DNA of 64,000 nucleotides from an uncultured delta proteobacterium (GTDB lineage: Bacteria; Myxococcota_A; Polyangia; Fen-1088), in the NCBI GenBank assembly GCA_963767925.1, contig CAVYGB010000001.1, forward strand, positions 1 through 64,000, read 5' to 3'. The notes below the pieces were generated by a model that worked only from the letters and a program-made list of their open reading frames with translations, was not told the DNA's origin and did no database searches. This document shows, piece after piece, positions 46,621 to 58,702 of the stretch; the first letter of the stretch is position 1, and every line of letters starts with the position of its first letter. The position numbers and the translations under genes are program-made.

Positions 46621-47002
46621 GAGCACGCCGCCATTCGGTAGACCGGAACCACATACGCCGGGGCGTGAGCCGTACCCCGGGCGCTCAGAGCACCGAAACG
46701 GCCGCAACGTAACACACGCCAACGCGCGTTGGCCGGCCATTCAGGCCCTGGGTGGGTGGATTGCCCGTCGCGCAGCCACCGTCGGGGCGCGCAGCGAATC
46801 GCAACGGTGCGCAACGGGCCCCGTCAACGCATCCGTCCGCTGTCACGTCACCCTGCAGCGGAGCCTGCAATCGCGCGCGTCTTGCACAAATGGATATGCC
46901 CGGGCACCGAGACGCGTTGACAATGACGACACGCGCCCACTGCAGGTCGTTCCCAAATACACCGGCGACCTGCGGTATATCGAGCCTGTGTCGAGGCCCC
47001 TC

Positions 47003-48529
47003 ATGGATGTAACGAAACGCCTTTGCCTCTCGTACGCGGTGCTCGTCGCCCTGCTGGGCGCCTGTGCCACAAGCAGCCAGGAGGCGACCCGCCGCCGACA
47101 CCTGCCCGACGACGTCGGCGAGCTGGTGTGGACCTCGCTCAAGAAGAACGACTACGAGCCGGTCTTCGCGCGCTTCGATCCGACAATGGTCTGGTCGTTG
47201 CCGAGCGACAAGCTGAAGGACTTCTGGAGCGGCGTGGCCGGCCCACTCGGCGAGCTGCGCTCCTGGAGCATCACCGAGCAGAGCTTCGACTCCGGCCGGA
47301 CCCGCCTCGTGTACGACCTGCTGTTCTCGGGCGGGCGCGCCCAGGGCGTGCTGGCCATCAACCAGGGCGACTTCACCATCGCGGGCCTGTTCGTCACCCC
47401 CGAGCGCAAGGTCGCGCCCGAGCGCTCGCCGCTGGCCGAGGAGCCACCCGGGGTCTTCGCCTCGTTGCCCGGCGTCGTCGCCGAGGGCGTGCGCTTCGGC
47501 AAGGCCCCCTGGGAGGTCGACGGCATCGTCACCCGTCCGCGGCGCAAGGGGACCTTCCCGGCCGCCGTCCTGGTGGCCGGCTCTGGCCCCCTCGACCGCG
47601 ACAGCACCGTGGGCGAGAACCGCCCGTTCCGCGACCTGGCCGAGGGCCTGTCGCGCGCCGGGATGGTGGTGCTCCGCTTCGACAAGCGAACCTTCACCCA
47701 CGCCCAGAAGCTGAACACCAAGGGCCTCACCGTCGACCAGGAGGTGATCGAAGACGCCCTGTCCGGCCTGGCCCTGCTGCGCGCGCGCCCCGACGTGCGC
47801 AAAGACGCCGTGTTCGTGGTGGGCCACAGCCTCGGCGCCCTGCTGGCCCCCGAGATCGCCCAGCGCGACGGTAACACCGCCGGCCTGGTCCTGCTGGCGC
47901 CCCCCGGCCGCCCCATCACCGTCGCCGCCATCGATCAGCTGCGCTTCCTGAACCAGGTCCCCCCCGAAGAGCTGGCCCGCCTCGAGAAGACCGCAGCCGC
48001 CATCGACAACGGCACCGCCCCCCCCGACGAGACCTTCCTCGGCGCCCCCGCCTCGTATTTCATCGACCTGGGCAAGCGCGACGGCATCGCCATCGCAAAG
48101 ACCCTCGCCCGTCCGATCCTGATCCTGCGCGGCTCGCGCGACTACCAGTCCACCGAAGAAGACCTCGCCCACTGGCAACGCGCCCTCGCCGGCCAGCCCG
48201 CCGCGACAACCCGCGTCCTCCCCGGCCTCAACCACCTCTTCATGACCGGCAAAGGCCCCCCCACCGCCCAGGAGTACCTGACCCCCGGCAAAGTAGCCCC
48301 CGCCCTCATGACCCGCGTCTCCGCCTTCGTGAAAAAGATCACCACCGAATCCGCCGCCCGCGAAAAAAAGCGGCTCGCCCAGGAAAAGCAAAAAGAACGC
48401 GACCGCGCCCGCGCCGAAGAAAAGCGAGCCGACCAGGAACGCAAACAAGCCCGCGCCCAGGAAGCCAACACCCCCCCACCCCGCTCCCCCCGCTCCCTCC
48501 AGGAAGTAATCCCCCCACCCCTCAAGTGA
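47003..48529 (+). CDS. Alpha/beta hydrolase lipoprotein with DUF3887-like N-terminal domain
   Basis: Lipobox LGAC; VLVAGSGPLDRD, LRFDKR, VGHSLG, G.RDYQ, LNHLF. Confidence 0.9.
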   Translation: MDVTKRLCLSYAVLVALLGACATSSQEATRRRHLPDDVGELVWTSLKKNDYEPVFARFDPTMVWSLPSDKLKDFWSGVAGPLGELRSWSITEQSFDSGRTRLVYDLLFSGGRAQGVLAINQGDFTIAGLFVTPERKVAPERSPLAEEPPGVFASLPGVVAEGVRFGKAPWEVDGIVTRPRRKGTFPAAVLVAGSGPLDRDSTVGENRPFRDLAEGLSRAGMVVLRFDKRTFTHAQKLNTKGLTVDQEVIEDALSGLALLRARPDVRKDAVFVVGHSLGALLAPEIAQRDGNTAGLVLLAPPGRPITVAAIDQLRFLNQVPPEELARLEKTAAAIDNGTAPPDETFLGAPASYFIDLGKRDGIAIAKTLARPILILRGSRDYQSTEEDLAHWQRALAGQPAATTRVLPGLNHLFMTGKGPPTAQEYLTPGKVAPALMTRVSAFVKKITTESAAREKKRLAQEKQKERDRARAEEKRADQERKQARAQEANTPPPRSPRSLQEVIPPPLK

Positions 48530-48617
48530 CCTCCCCCCGCGTCCGCCCGCTCATCTGACGAGCGCGGTGGGCTGATGACCCTCGCCGAGCCCCACCGGGG
48601 ACGCTCCCGGACGCTGG

Positions 48618-49134
48618 TCAGGGAGGGAGGAGGATGGCTTTGATGCGGCGGACGCCGGTGGCGATGGATTCTTCGCGGGTGATCTGGAAGCGGCCAGGGA
48701 GGGACCGGGTGGAGGGGACGTGGGGGCCGCCGCAGAGCTCGCGGCTGACGATGGCGCCGGTGGCTCGATCGCGGATGGTGTAGACGGAGACGAGGTCGCC
48801 GTATTTTTCGCCGAACGCGGCGAGGGCGCCGAGGGCGCACGCTTCGGGGCCGGGCAGGGTGGTCCGCTCGACCTGGAGGTCCTGGGTCAGCCGGTCGTTG
48901 ACCAGGGCTTCGGTGCGGGCGAGCTGGTCGGGCGTGAGCTTGCTGTCGTGGGAGCGCGGGCTCGTGAGGAACTCGAAGCTCCAGCAGATGGACTCGTCGC
49001 GGAAGCAGTCCCCGAGCGACCAGTTGCCGAGCATCTCGAAGAAGGTGAGGTGGGTGTCATCGCCCACCTCGTCGATGTCGCCGGTGCGGACGCAGCGCTG
49101 CACCCCGGCCAGCCGCCGGCCCGCGGGGTGGGGA
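48618..49134 (-). pseudogene. alaS: Alanyl-tRNA synthetase remnant with large in-frame internal deletion
   Basis: [40 protein letters not shown] fused at about 48955 to [30 protein letters not shown]. Confidence 0.88.
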
Positions 49135-49249
49135 GTCTTCGAAGCAGTCGGGTTCCCTCGCCTCGCCCGGGCCCGACTGGCGGCGCCGCGCCCGTCGGGA
49201 ACACGGGATTCCGTTGTCAGGTCGGTCGGGCGCGGGGATGATGCCGGCC

Positions 49250-50620
49250 ATGCGCACGGCACGGCTGGCTGTCCTCGGTTTGATCCCTGCGGCGATCCTC
49301 CTGGTGGGGGCGGGCGCGGCCCGTTCGGCGCCGGGGCCCACGCTGGTGAAAGCGGCGCGGATGTTCGACGCCCGCAACGGGCGCATCGTGACCCCCGGGG
49401 TGGTGCTGGTCGAGGGGGGGACCATCAAGGCCGTGGGCAGCCAGGCGGCGGCGAGCGGCGCGCAGGTCGTCGACCTGGGAGACGCGACCTTGCTGCCCGG
49501 GTTCATGGACGCGCACACGCACATCACGGGCGAGCCGGGACCCGACTGGCGGCAGGATCTCATCGAGGGGATGGAGCAGACCGTCGCCGAGCGGACCTTG
49601 ACCGCCGCCGACCTGGCCCGCCGCACCCTGATGAGCGGCTTTACCACCCTGCGCAACCTCGGTGCCGGCGACTACATCGACGTGGGCCTGCGCAACGCCA
49701 TCGCCAGGGGCAAGGCGGTGGGGCCCCGGATGCTGGTGGCCACCTCCAGCCTGGGGACCACCGGCGGTCACTGCGACAACAACTTCGGGCGCCGGGGCCT
49801 GTTCGCGCGGGAGACCGGCGAGGCGGTGGCCGACGGGCCGGACGGCTTGCGGGCCGTCGTCCGCCGCAACATCAAATACGGAGCCGACGTGATCAAGGTG
49901 TGCGCCACCGGAGGCGTGCTCTCGCTCAACGGCGACGTGGACTCGCCCCAGCTCACCCAAACCGAGCTCGACGCCCTCGTCGACGAGGCCCACGCGCGCA
50001 AGCGCCGGGTGGCAGCCCACGCCCACGGCGCCGAGGGAGCCAAGCGGGCCATCCGCGCCGGCGTCGACTCGATCGAACACGGGTCGTTCCTCGACGACGA
50101 GGCCCTGGCGCTGATGAAGCGCAAGGGCACCTACCTGGTGCCGACCATGCTGGCCGTCCAGGGCGTGCGCGAGCGGCTCGAGAAGAAGAACCTGCACCCG
50201 CTGCAGGTCCCCAAGGCGCGCGCCGCCATCGCCGCCCTCGAGAGCATGGTCAAGCGCGCCGTCAAGGCGGGCGTCAAGATCGCCTTCGGCACCGACGCGG
50301 GCGTGTTCGCCCACGGCCGCAACGCCGAGGAGTTCCGCCTGCTGGTCAACGCCGGCATGACCCCCACCCAGGCCCTGCGTGCCGCCACCGTCGTCGACGC
50401 CGAGCTGCTGGGCGTGGCCGACAAGCTGGGCGCCCTCGAGGCCGGCAAGCTGGCCGACCTGGTGGCCGTCCCCGGCGACCCCACCCGCGACATCCGCGCC
50501 ACCGAGCAGGTCTTCTTCGTCATGAAAGAAGGCATCGTCCACCGCAACGATCGCGCCCCACCCGCCCCGATCCGCTCCTCCGTCAGCGGCATCAGCGGCA
50601 CCGCCCCCGGCGGGGACTAG
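49250..50620 (+). CDS. Exported amidohydrolase family protein (Xaa-Pro dipeptidase-like)
   Basis: Signal peptide; [50 protein letters not shown]. Confidence 0.94.
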   Translation: MRTARLAVLGLIPAAILLVGAGAARSAPGPTLVKAARMFDARNGRIVTPGVVLVEGGTIKAVGSQAAASGAQVVDLGDATLLPGFMDAHTHITGEPGPDWRQDLIEGMEQTVAERTLTAADLARRTLMSGFTTLRNLGAGDYIDVGLRNAIARGKAVGPRMLVATSSLGTTGGHCDNNFGRRGLFARETGEAVADGPDGLRAVVRRNIKYGADVIKVCATGGVLSLNGDVDSPQLTQTELDALVDEAHARKRRVAAHAHGAEGAKRAIRAGVDSIEHGSFLDDEALALMKRKGTYLVPTMLAVQGVRERLEKKNLHPLQVPKARAAIAALESMVKRAVKAGVKIAFGTDAGVFAHGRNAEEFRLLVNAGMTPTQALRAATVVDAELLGVADKLGALEAGKLADLVAVPGDPTRDIRATEQVFFVMKEGIVHRNDRAPPAPIRSSVSGISGTAPGGD

Positions 50621-50665
50621 CTGATTGTCCGCATCGGGATGACGATCGGGGCACCTGGCTGATCG

Positions 50666-50747
50666 TTTGCCCGCGCCCCGCGGCCGTCTGCGTACGTGGG
50701 GCGAGGGAAGGGTGAGGGGCGGTCGCCAACCCCGGAGGCCCTCACCC
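50666..50747 (+). repeat. REP-like family A extended copy
   Basis: TTTGCCCGCGCCCC..GGGGCGAGGGAAGGGTGAGGGG..CCCTCACCC. Confidence 0.85.
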
Positions 50748-50769
50748 GGGGCTCTGCGGGGCCGGCGGA

Positions 50770-51065
50770 TCAGCGGGCGCGGAGGGCGGTCTCGAGGTAG
50801 CCGCGGGCGACCAGGGCCGGGCGGGGGCCACCGGAGGCGGTCATCTCGAGCAGCGTGGTCTCGCTGAAGTCCTGGCTCGACAGCGAGGTGTAGACGGCGC
50901 CGTCGACGGCGATCTCGGTGCCGCCCGCGGCGCTCGGGGGCAGGTCGAGGGGGGCTGCCTTGCCGTCGAAGACCACGACGAAGCCCAGCTTCTCCAGCGC
51001 GGCGCGAAGGCCGCTGCGGAGGCGGGGCGGATGACAAGGACGTCGATGGCGTGATGGGCGCGCAT
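50770..51065 (-). pseudogene. Gene fragment(s): C-terminus of an MxcI-like lipoprotein joined to an unrelated short N-terminal piece
   Basis: VDGAVY.S.SS.DFSETTLLEMT..G.PRPAL...GY.....R.R tail with genome-like codons, no matching N-terminus. Confidence 0.5.
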
Positions 51066-51260
51066 GGGCAAGCTCCGTTTCGCTCGGTGGCGACGTCGTG
51101 ATGAATATGAAGTCGCTTTCACGAGTAAAGCCGCATCGCCACGCCTGACGGCGGGCGTGTGCGGGCCCTGGGCGCCCCTCACCCGCCGCTCAGACGCGTC
51201 GACCTCTCACACGGCGGACCGCGGGAGAGGTCCGCGCGCAACCCGGCCGCGATTTTCCGC

Positions 51261-51548
51261 TCAGTCGCGGAGGCGGCGGCGGAGGGGGGCGCCGGGCAGG
51301 CGGGTGAGGGGGGCCAGGGCCACGATGCCGCGCCAGAGGCGGCGGAGCAGGGCCTGCGTGCGGTGCAGGCGGCGCTGCAGATCGTAGCGGGCGCGCGGCC
51401 CTCCGCTCAGCAGGATCCGGGACGCCTCCTCGAGGTCGGGGGCCCGGGCGGTGGCGTATTGCCGGCGGATGGCGCCCCGGATCTCCTGGGGGAGAGCCCC
51501 GGCGGGGACGCCGAGCACGGCGTAGAGATCACGATGCGGGTCGTACAT
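51261..51548 (-). CDS. Small J-domain-like protein lacking HPD
   Basis: DLYAVLGV...A.PQEIR.A.RR, then LEEA.RILL....RARYD. Confidence 0.65.
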   Translation of the reverse strand: MYDPHRDLYAVLGVPAGALPQEIRGAIRRQYATARAPDLEEASRILLSGGPRARYDLQRRLHRTQALLRRLWRGIVALAPLTRLPGAPLRRRLRD

Positions 51549-51713
51549 GTCCGCGATCGCCAGGTGTGTCCGGAAGGACGCGCTGGCAACCGTCGCTGCG
51601 CCTCGGCGCGTGCGCCGGCGCGCATCCGGCGCGCGCCGGCCAGTTTTGCGCGAACGCCCTGAGTCGGCGATCCGGGCTGCGCCGTCGGGCGGCGCCCGTC
51701 GGGCCCCCGGGCT

Positions 51714-51920
51714 TCATCGGGGCGCGGGCGGTGGCTTGCTGCCCTGCGCGCGGAGATCGCTCTCCACGTCGAGGGCGGTGACGCCGACGCGCTCGACCGC
51801 CTCCCGGAGCTGCTCCTCGGTGCAGCCGAAGCGGCGGGCCCAGTGACGCAGGTCGTGCGGGTCGTTGAGGTTCACCCGCGATCGTTCCTCGGCACCCCGC
51901 AGCGAAAGGTCGTCGGCCAT
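51714..51920 (-). CDS. DUF3606 domain small protein
   Basis: MADD...RG..ERSRVNLN.PH.LRHWA..FG.TEEQLREAV.RVG.....V...L. Confidence 0.88.
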   Translation of the reverse strand: MADDLSLRGAEERSRVNLNDPHDLRHWARRFGCTEEQLREAVERVGVTALDVESDLRAQGSKPPPAPR

Positions 51921-52231
51921 GGCTGCAGCAACCATGGGTCCGCGCGCCCGGCGCGACGATAGCGCGGCGGCGGTTTTCCGCGGAGCGGATCGGATTCTGC
52001 AGAGAACAGGGCCATGCAAGCAACTTGCGGGTCGAACCGCGACGCCTGCGGGCGAAACCGTTCGGCGCTCCGAGATCGTGCCACAGCGGCTTCCTTCTCC
52101 GACAGGAGCGCCGCCAGCCCCGCCAGCCCCGGAAACCTCCGCCCGTCCCGGCTGGCGCCATCGCCTCCTCCGGTCGCGCCGTCAGTCCGCGGCCGATCCA
52201 GATGGCCAGAGGCCAGAAGGTCTGGCCAGGT

Positions 52232-52247
52232 TGTCAGGCTTGTGTCA
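52232..52247. promoter_or_regulatory. Candidate WYL-regulator operator (TGTCA direct repeat, 11-bp period)
   Basis: TGTCA-ggcttg-TGTCA ending 11 nt before the ATG. Confidence 0.45.
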
Positions 52248-52258
52248 TCCATGGCGGC

Positions 52259-52897
52259 ATGACCCGCCGGGAGAGGTTGTTCGCGATCACGGAATACCTG
52301 CGCGGGCGGAGGACGGGCGTCACGGCGGAGACGCTGGCCGACCGCTTCGGGGTCACCGTGCGGACCATGTACCGCGACCTCGATAGCCTGCGGAACGCGG
52401 AGCTGCCGGTGCGGGCCGACCGCGGGCGCGGGGGCGGCTACGCGCTCGACCGGGCCTACACCTTGCCCCCGGTGAACTTCAGCCCCCGCGAAGCCGCCGT
52501 GCTGGTGGCGCTCGGGCGCTGGGCCCGCACCAGCCGCCTGCTCCCTTTCGTCGGCACGCTGGAGGGCGCGCTCGACAAGGTCCGGGGCGCGCTGACCGCC
52601 TCCGCCCAGCGGGAGCTGGTCGCCCTCATGGAGGGCATCCAGTTCGTCGGCGTGCCAGCCCTCCCGGTGGGCCCCCGCGTGCGGGCCGTCCTCGAGCAGG
52701 CCTGGTTCGAGCGGCAACCGCTGCGCATCCGCTATCAGGGCGCGGGCGACGCCGTCAGCGTCCGCCTGGTGCGGGTGGTCTCGGTGGTGATGGAGCGCAG
52801 CCAGACCCTGCTCAACTGCGACGACCTCGACAAGGGCGAACGCCGCCAGTTCCGCCTCGACCGCATCCTGGAAGCCGACCTGGCCCCCCTCTCCTGA
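52259..52897 (+). CDS. YafY-like HTH-WYL transcriptional regulator (short, no WCX)
   Basis: R.ERLF.I...LR, LADRFGV..RT.YRD...L, G.GGGY.L, LPPVNFS..EA, RQFRLDRI. Confidence 0.92.
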   Translation: MTRRERLFAITEYLRGRRTGVTAETLADRFGVTVRTMYRDLDSLRNAELPVRADRGRGGGYALDRAYTLPPVNFSPREAAVLVALGRWARTSRLLPFVGTLEGALDKVRGALTASAQRELVALMEGIQFVGVPALPVGPRVRAVLEQAWFERQPLRIRYQGAGDAVSVRLVRVVSVVMERSQTLLNCDDLDKGERRQFRLDRILEADLAPLS

Positions 52898-53024
52898 CTC
52901 CGGCGCGTCGTCGAGGCGACCACCTCGGCCGGCGCGGCCCTGCGCTGTGCGCTCGGTCGTGGTGGGCAGCGCGCCAGGCCGCTTTGCTCGTTCCCGCGCG
53001 GCCCGGCCTGGCGATACCGATGCC

Positions 53025-53960
53025 ATGCCTGGCGCGTGGCTGTTGCTGGCCGTGCTGGCGGCCGATCCGGGGCCGGGGGCGGTGTCCGCTGGCGAGGTGA
53101 AGATCCCGGAGGACGGGCAGACCGTCACGGTGGGCCGCTACGAGCTGCAGCCCGAGCCCGGGGGCGGCTTCCGGTCGGAGACCGAGGTGTTCGTGGCCCG
53201 CATCGCGCCCGACGGGAGCGTGACCTTCGACAAGAAGTTCCGCATTCCTGGCCCGCTGGTGTGGCCAGTGATGATGGCCGCCCAGGTCCTGCGGGACGCC
53301 ACCAGCAACAAGGGCGGCCCCGAAGATCTGCACGGCCTCGCCCTCCCGATCTACAAGCCGCAAGTCCCGATGGTCACCCTCGGCAACGACGACGTCCAGA
53401 CCGACTCCCGCCACACCCACAAGATGGCCTTCCTGGAGGCCACCGCCACCCTGCGCGCCCGCAGGCGGGCCCGCCTGCAGCCCGCCGCGTCCACCTCGCA
53501 CGCCGCGGGCGCTCCTGCAAACCCCGCCGGTTCCACGGGCGCGGCTCCGCGCACCGCGGGAGCCCCCCCGAGCCCCACCCGTTTCACGGGCGCCGCTCCG
53601 CGAACCGCAGGCGCCTCTGCGAGCCCGCGGGCCCCGCCGCGAACCCGGCGGGCGCCACCTCGAGCCCCGCAGCCTCCGCCGCGCTCGAACGGGCGCTGGA
53701 GACCTGGCGCCGGCAGGTGGAAGTGGTGGCCTGCGACGACCGGCGCGCGCCCGCCGAGCGGCGCCGAACCCTGTTCGAGCTATGGGACGAGTGCGACGGG
53801 TCGGCCGGCGGGGACGCCGCCCGCGCCGCCGTCGAGGCCACGGCGAGGCGGCAGTTCCCCCCCCGTCAGCGCCGAGGCCTACCGCTCCGAGGAGCTGCGC
53901 GCCCTGAACCAGGGCCGCCCGGCAGGCCGACGCTTCGATCCCTATCGGGCAAGCCCGTGA
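53025..53960 (+). pseudogene. Exported hypothetical protein with two compensating frameshifts
   Basis: Signal peptide; AERRRTLFELWDEC..ARAAVE block lies in a second frame between C-runs at 53624-26 and 53857-64, then AY.SEELRALN.GR....FDPY in the first frame. Confidence 0.7.
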
Positions 53961-54032
53961 GGGCGCGCCGGATCCAATCCTCGGGCTTTTTCCGATCGCA
54001 CCGCGCAGCCGTGGGCGGCTGAAAAAAGGCGA

Positions 54033-54671
54033 TCAGCCGGGTGGGGTGGTGGCCCTGGCGGGGACGGGGCCGCCGGCGGGGGGCTCGCCGCAGATGGTGA
54101 CGTCGAACAGCGAGTAGCCGTAGAGGTCGTCGGTGCCGGGGACCTTGCCCCGCTTGATGCCCTGGATCTTGATGTAGCGGCCCCTGGCCTTGGCGTCGAC
54201 GACGTCGACGAAGCCGTCGCCCTTGTTCTCGGTGTGGATGGTCTTCCACTTCTTCTTGTCGTCGGAGGTGGCGACGGAATATTGCGCGGCGTGGGACAGC
54301 TCCCAGACCAGGTACAGCCGCTGGAAGGCCTTCGAGCTGCCGAGGTCGAGGATCAGCCACTGGTCGTCGCTGTAGTGGCTCGACCAGCGGCTGGTCAGGT
54401 GCTCGTCGATGGCGTATTTCGGCGGGTGCAGGTAGCCGGTCTCGAAGGTCGAGGCCTCGGCGCCGACCGCCTTGATCTTGCTGTTGCCGCCGCAGGTGAG
54501 CTTGACGTCGGCCGGGGGCGGGCAGCTCCCGACGGGGAAGCCGTCGTGGGGATCGTCCGGGTAGGGGTAGGTGATCGCCTTCTTGTCACAGGCCTGGTAC
54601 TCCCATTTCTGGGCAGCTTCGGGTGGCAGCAGCAACCCGCCCAGCAGGGCGATGGTGGCGGTCGCGATCAT
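54033..54671 (-). CDS. Exported discoidin (F5/8 type C, CBM32-like) domain protein
   Basis: GGAGG RBS; ASTFE, AIDE...SRWSS..SDDQWL.LDLG, W E...A..Y.V..SDD...W, GRYIKI.G, YGYSLFDV. Confidence 0.88.
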   Translation of the reverse strand: MIATATIALLGGLLLPPEAAQKWEYQACDKKAITYPYPDDPHDGFPVGSCPPPADVKLTCGGNSKIKAVGAEASTFETGYLHPPKYAIDEHLTSRWSSHYSDDQWLILDLGSSKAFQRLYLVWELSHAAQYSVATSDDKKKWKTIHTENKGDGFVDVVDAKARGRYIKIQGIKRGKVPGTDDLYGYSLFDVTICGEPPAGGPVPARATTPPG

Positions 54672-55253
54672 GGTGGCCTCCATGCGGAAGTGGTGAGTCG
54701 CCGCCAGGACGGCGGCCGCGCGAATATGACATATCGTCCACCGCCGCCATAGCGCCCGTGCAACCGTTACCAGCCGTGTGGCCCGGCCCCGTTCCTCCGC
54801 CATGCGCCACAACACAGCTACACGGGCCAACCGCCGGGTCGCGATGCCGGGTGGTCGAGTCGGCGTCGTTCAGAACGCGACCCCCTCGTATTGGGTCGAG
54901 GGCGAGCGAGCGTGGCGGGGAGGAAGCGCCCTACTCAAATGGGCGGGCATGGAAGCGCCCTATTCAAGTCGGGGGTCGATAGGCGGCTCAAGTGCTGTAC
55001 GGCCCATGGCCCCCGCGGGGGGGCTATCCGAGGAGTCCATGGCGAGGGTTGCGCGACTCGGCGCCCGGCCGGGCCACTGCTCCCCAGCGACAATGGGTGG
55101 AAGCCGCCTACCCGACCGACTGGCCGCCCTCCGGCTTTTGCAACGGCGGGGCCAGCCACCGCGCCCGGCCCAGCCGGGCTGACTTCGGCTCACTTCGCCG
55201 GGGACCGGTGGTGTTCCATCCCCGGCCGGTGGGATTTCACCAGCCGGGCTACA

Positions 55254-56495
55254 TCAGTCGACCTGGGCGCACTCGCTGCTCTGCTGGACGCTCTTGAAGG
55301 TCCCTTCGATGTTCCACCAGGTGGTGCTGGCGCTGCGGGTCTTGCCGTTGGCGTCGAACTGGAGCTGGCCCGACAGCCCGAAATAGTCGATCTCCTGATT
55401 GTCGCGCAGGCGCGCAAGGCCGAGGGCGAGGTCGTTCCAGCGGATGGGGGTCCCGCCCGAGCGGGTCACGGCGATGATGTGCTCGGAGAGCCCCGCCTTG
55501 TCGGGCACCTGCCCGGTCTTGGTGACGGCCCGCTGCAGGGCCAGGATGGCGACCGCCCCCGCGTCGTAGAAGGGGAAGGCGTCGTCGAGGGCGGCGTCCT
55601 GCCAGCGCGCCAGGAAGGCCTGCCGGAAGTCGCCCGCGCCCGCCACCGTCCCGGGCGAGACGCCGCGGGCCCCGTCGAGCAGCCCGCGCGGGATCGACTC
55701 GAGGAAGGCCGGCGTGTGTAGCACCGGCGACAGGTAAAAGCGGGTCGGATCGACCAGGCCCCCCACCGCCGTGAGGGCGTAGACCAGCGTCGAGGCGGAG
55801 CTGGGGAAGGCGGCCAGCACGAAGGAGTCGGCCTGTCCCGAGACGATCATGCCGAGCACCGTCGGATCCACCGGTCCGTCACTCGCCATGACCAGCTTGC
55901 TCATGCCGTAGCGGTTGCCGAGGTCCCAGGCCAGCTCGCTGTTGTAGCCGTTGGGGTTGACCAGGACGACCGGCTTGGTCCGGCCGTCGATGCGCATCTG
56001 GGCGACGAGCTCGCAGGCCACCCGCCCCAGGCTGGGCCCCATCACGAACCAGGAGGGGGCCTTCCAGCGCACGTCGGAGGAGGTGTTCAGGCTCGGCAGG
56101 ATCATCGTCCGATCCTGCAGCAGGGGGCCGATCTGGGTGATGAGCTCGGTGGTGTCGGGCCCGATCACCAGGGCGGGGTTGGCCTGGAGCAGCTCGCGGG
56201 CCGCCTCGACCGCCTTGGTAGCATTGCTGCGCGTGTCGCGGGTCAGCAGGCGGATCGGCCGGTTGCTCACCCCGCCCGCCTCGTTGGCCGCATCGACCGC
56301 CATGAGCAGCGCGCGCTCGGAGTTGATGCTGCTGGCCGCCAGGTAGCCCGTGTAAGACAGCATCACCCCGACCGGGATCGCGTCGTCTCCCGCCGGGTCT
56401 TCACATCCCAGCGCGACGAGCGCGAGCGCCAGGACGGCGCGACCTGGAAAACCGGTCCAGGCGGTAGCCTGGACCCTACGCGAGCCAGTGGTCAT
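55254..56495 (-). CDS. Type I periplasmic-binding (branched-chain ABC-like) lipoprotein, no permease nearby
   Basis: Lipobox ALGC; IPVGVMLSYTG, AVD.ANEAGGV..RPI.L..RD, YDA, DY.GLSG.L.FD..G. Confidence 0.88.
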   Translation of the reverse strand: MTTGSRRVQATAWTGFPGRAVLALALVALGCEDPAGDDAIPVGVMLSYTGYLAASSINSERALLMAVDAANEAGGVSNRPIRLLTRDTRSNATKAVEAARELLQANPALVIGPDTTELITQIGPLLQDRTMILPSLNTSSDVRWKAPSWFVMGPSLGRVACELVAQMRIDGRTKPVVLVNPNGYNSELAWDLGNRYGMSKLVMASDGPVDPTVLGMIVSGQADSFVLAAFPSSASTLVYALTAVGGLVDPTRFYLSPVLHTPAFLESIPRGLLDGARGVSPGTVAGAGDFRQAFLARWQDAALDDAFPFYDAGAVAILALQRAVTKTGQVPDKAGLSEHIIAVTRSGGTPIRWNDLALGLARLRDNQEIDYFGLSGQLQFDANGKTRSASTTWWNIEGTFKSVQQSSECAQVD

Positions 56496-56691
56496 TTCCC
56501 CCGCTTGTCCTCCATCACCCCATCGGCATTCCTGAGGGAATCCTTGATGTCCACCGACGCGCCGGGGCGGCGGCGGCTGCGCAGGAAGCGCGGCACGAGC
56601 GCCCGCAGGTTCTGGGAGATGAGGTCACGGTGCTCGCTGCCGGGCTCGTTCCGTCGAGCGCCATCCCGCCGCCGCCCCCGGGGATTCAGCG

Positions 56692-58575
<1,884 letters not shown>

Positions 58576-58702
58576 CGCTGCATTTTCTCATATCGGCTGG
58601 AAACCCTCTTCCGGCCAGCCGTTCTGCGTCGTTTCGGCAGGCTCAGGGGGAGCTGGATCGGGGGGTGCTGAATGCGCCGGGTTGCGGGTATAACTGCGCA
58701 GG

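Noticed and set aside
51529..52161. 210-aa minus-strand ORF with strong GGAGGAGG RBS
   Set aside because: Non-protein-like composition and out-of-frame overlap with the DUF3606 gene
55133..55147. IS terminal inverted repeat (CTTTTGCAACGGC)
   Set aside because: No partner end or transposase found
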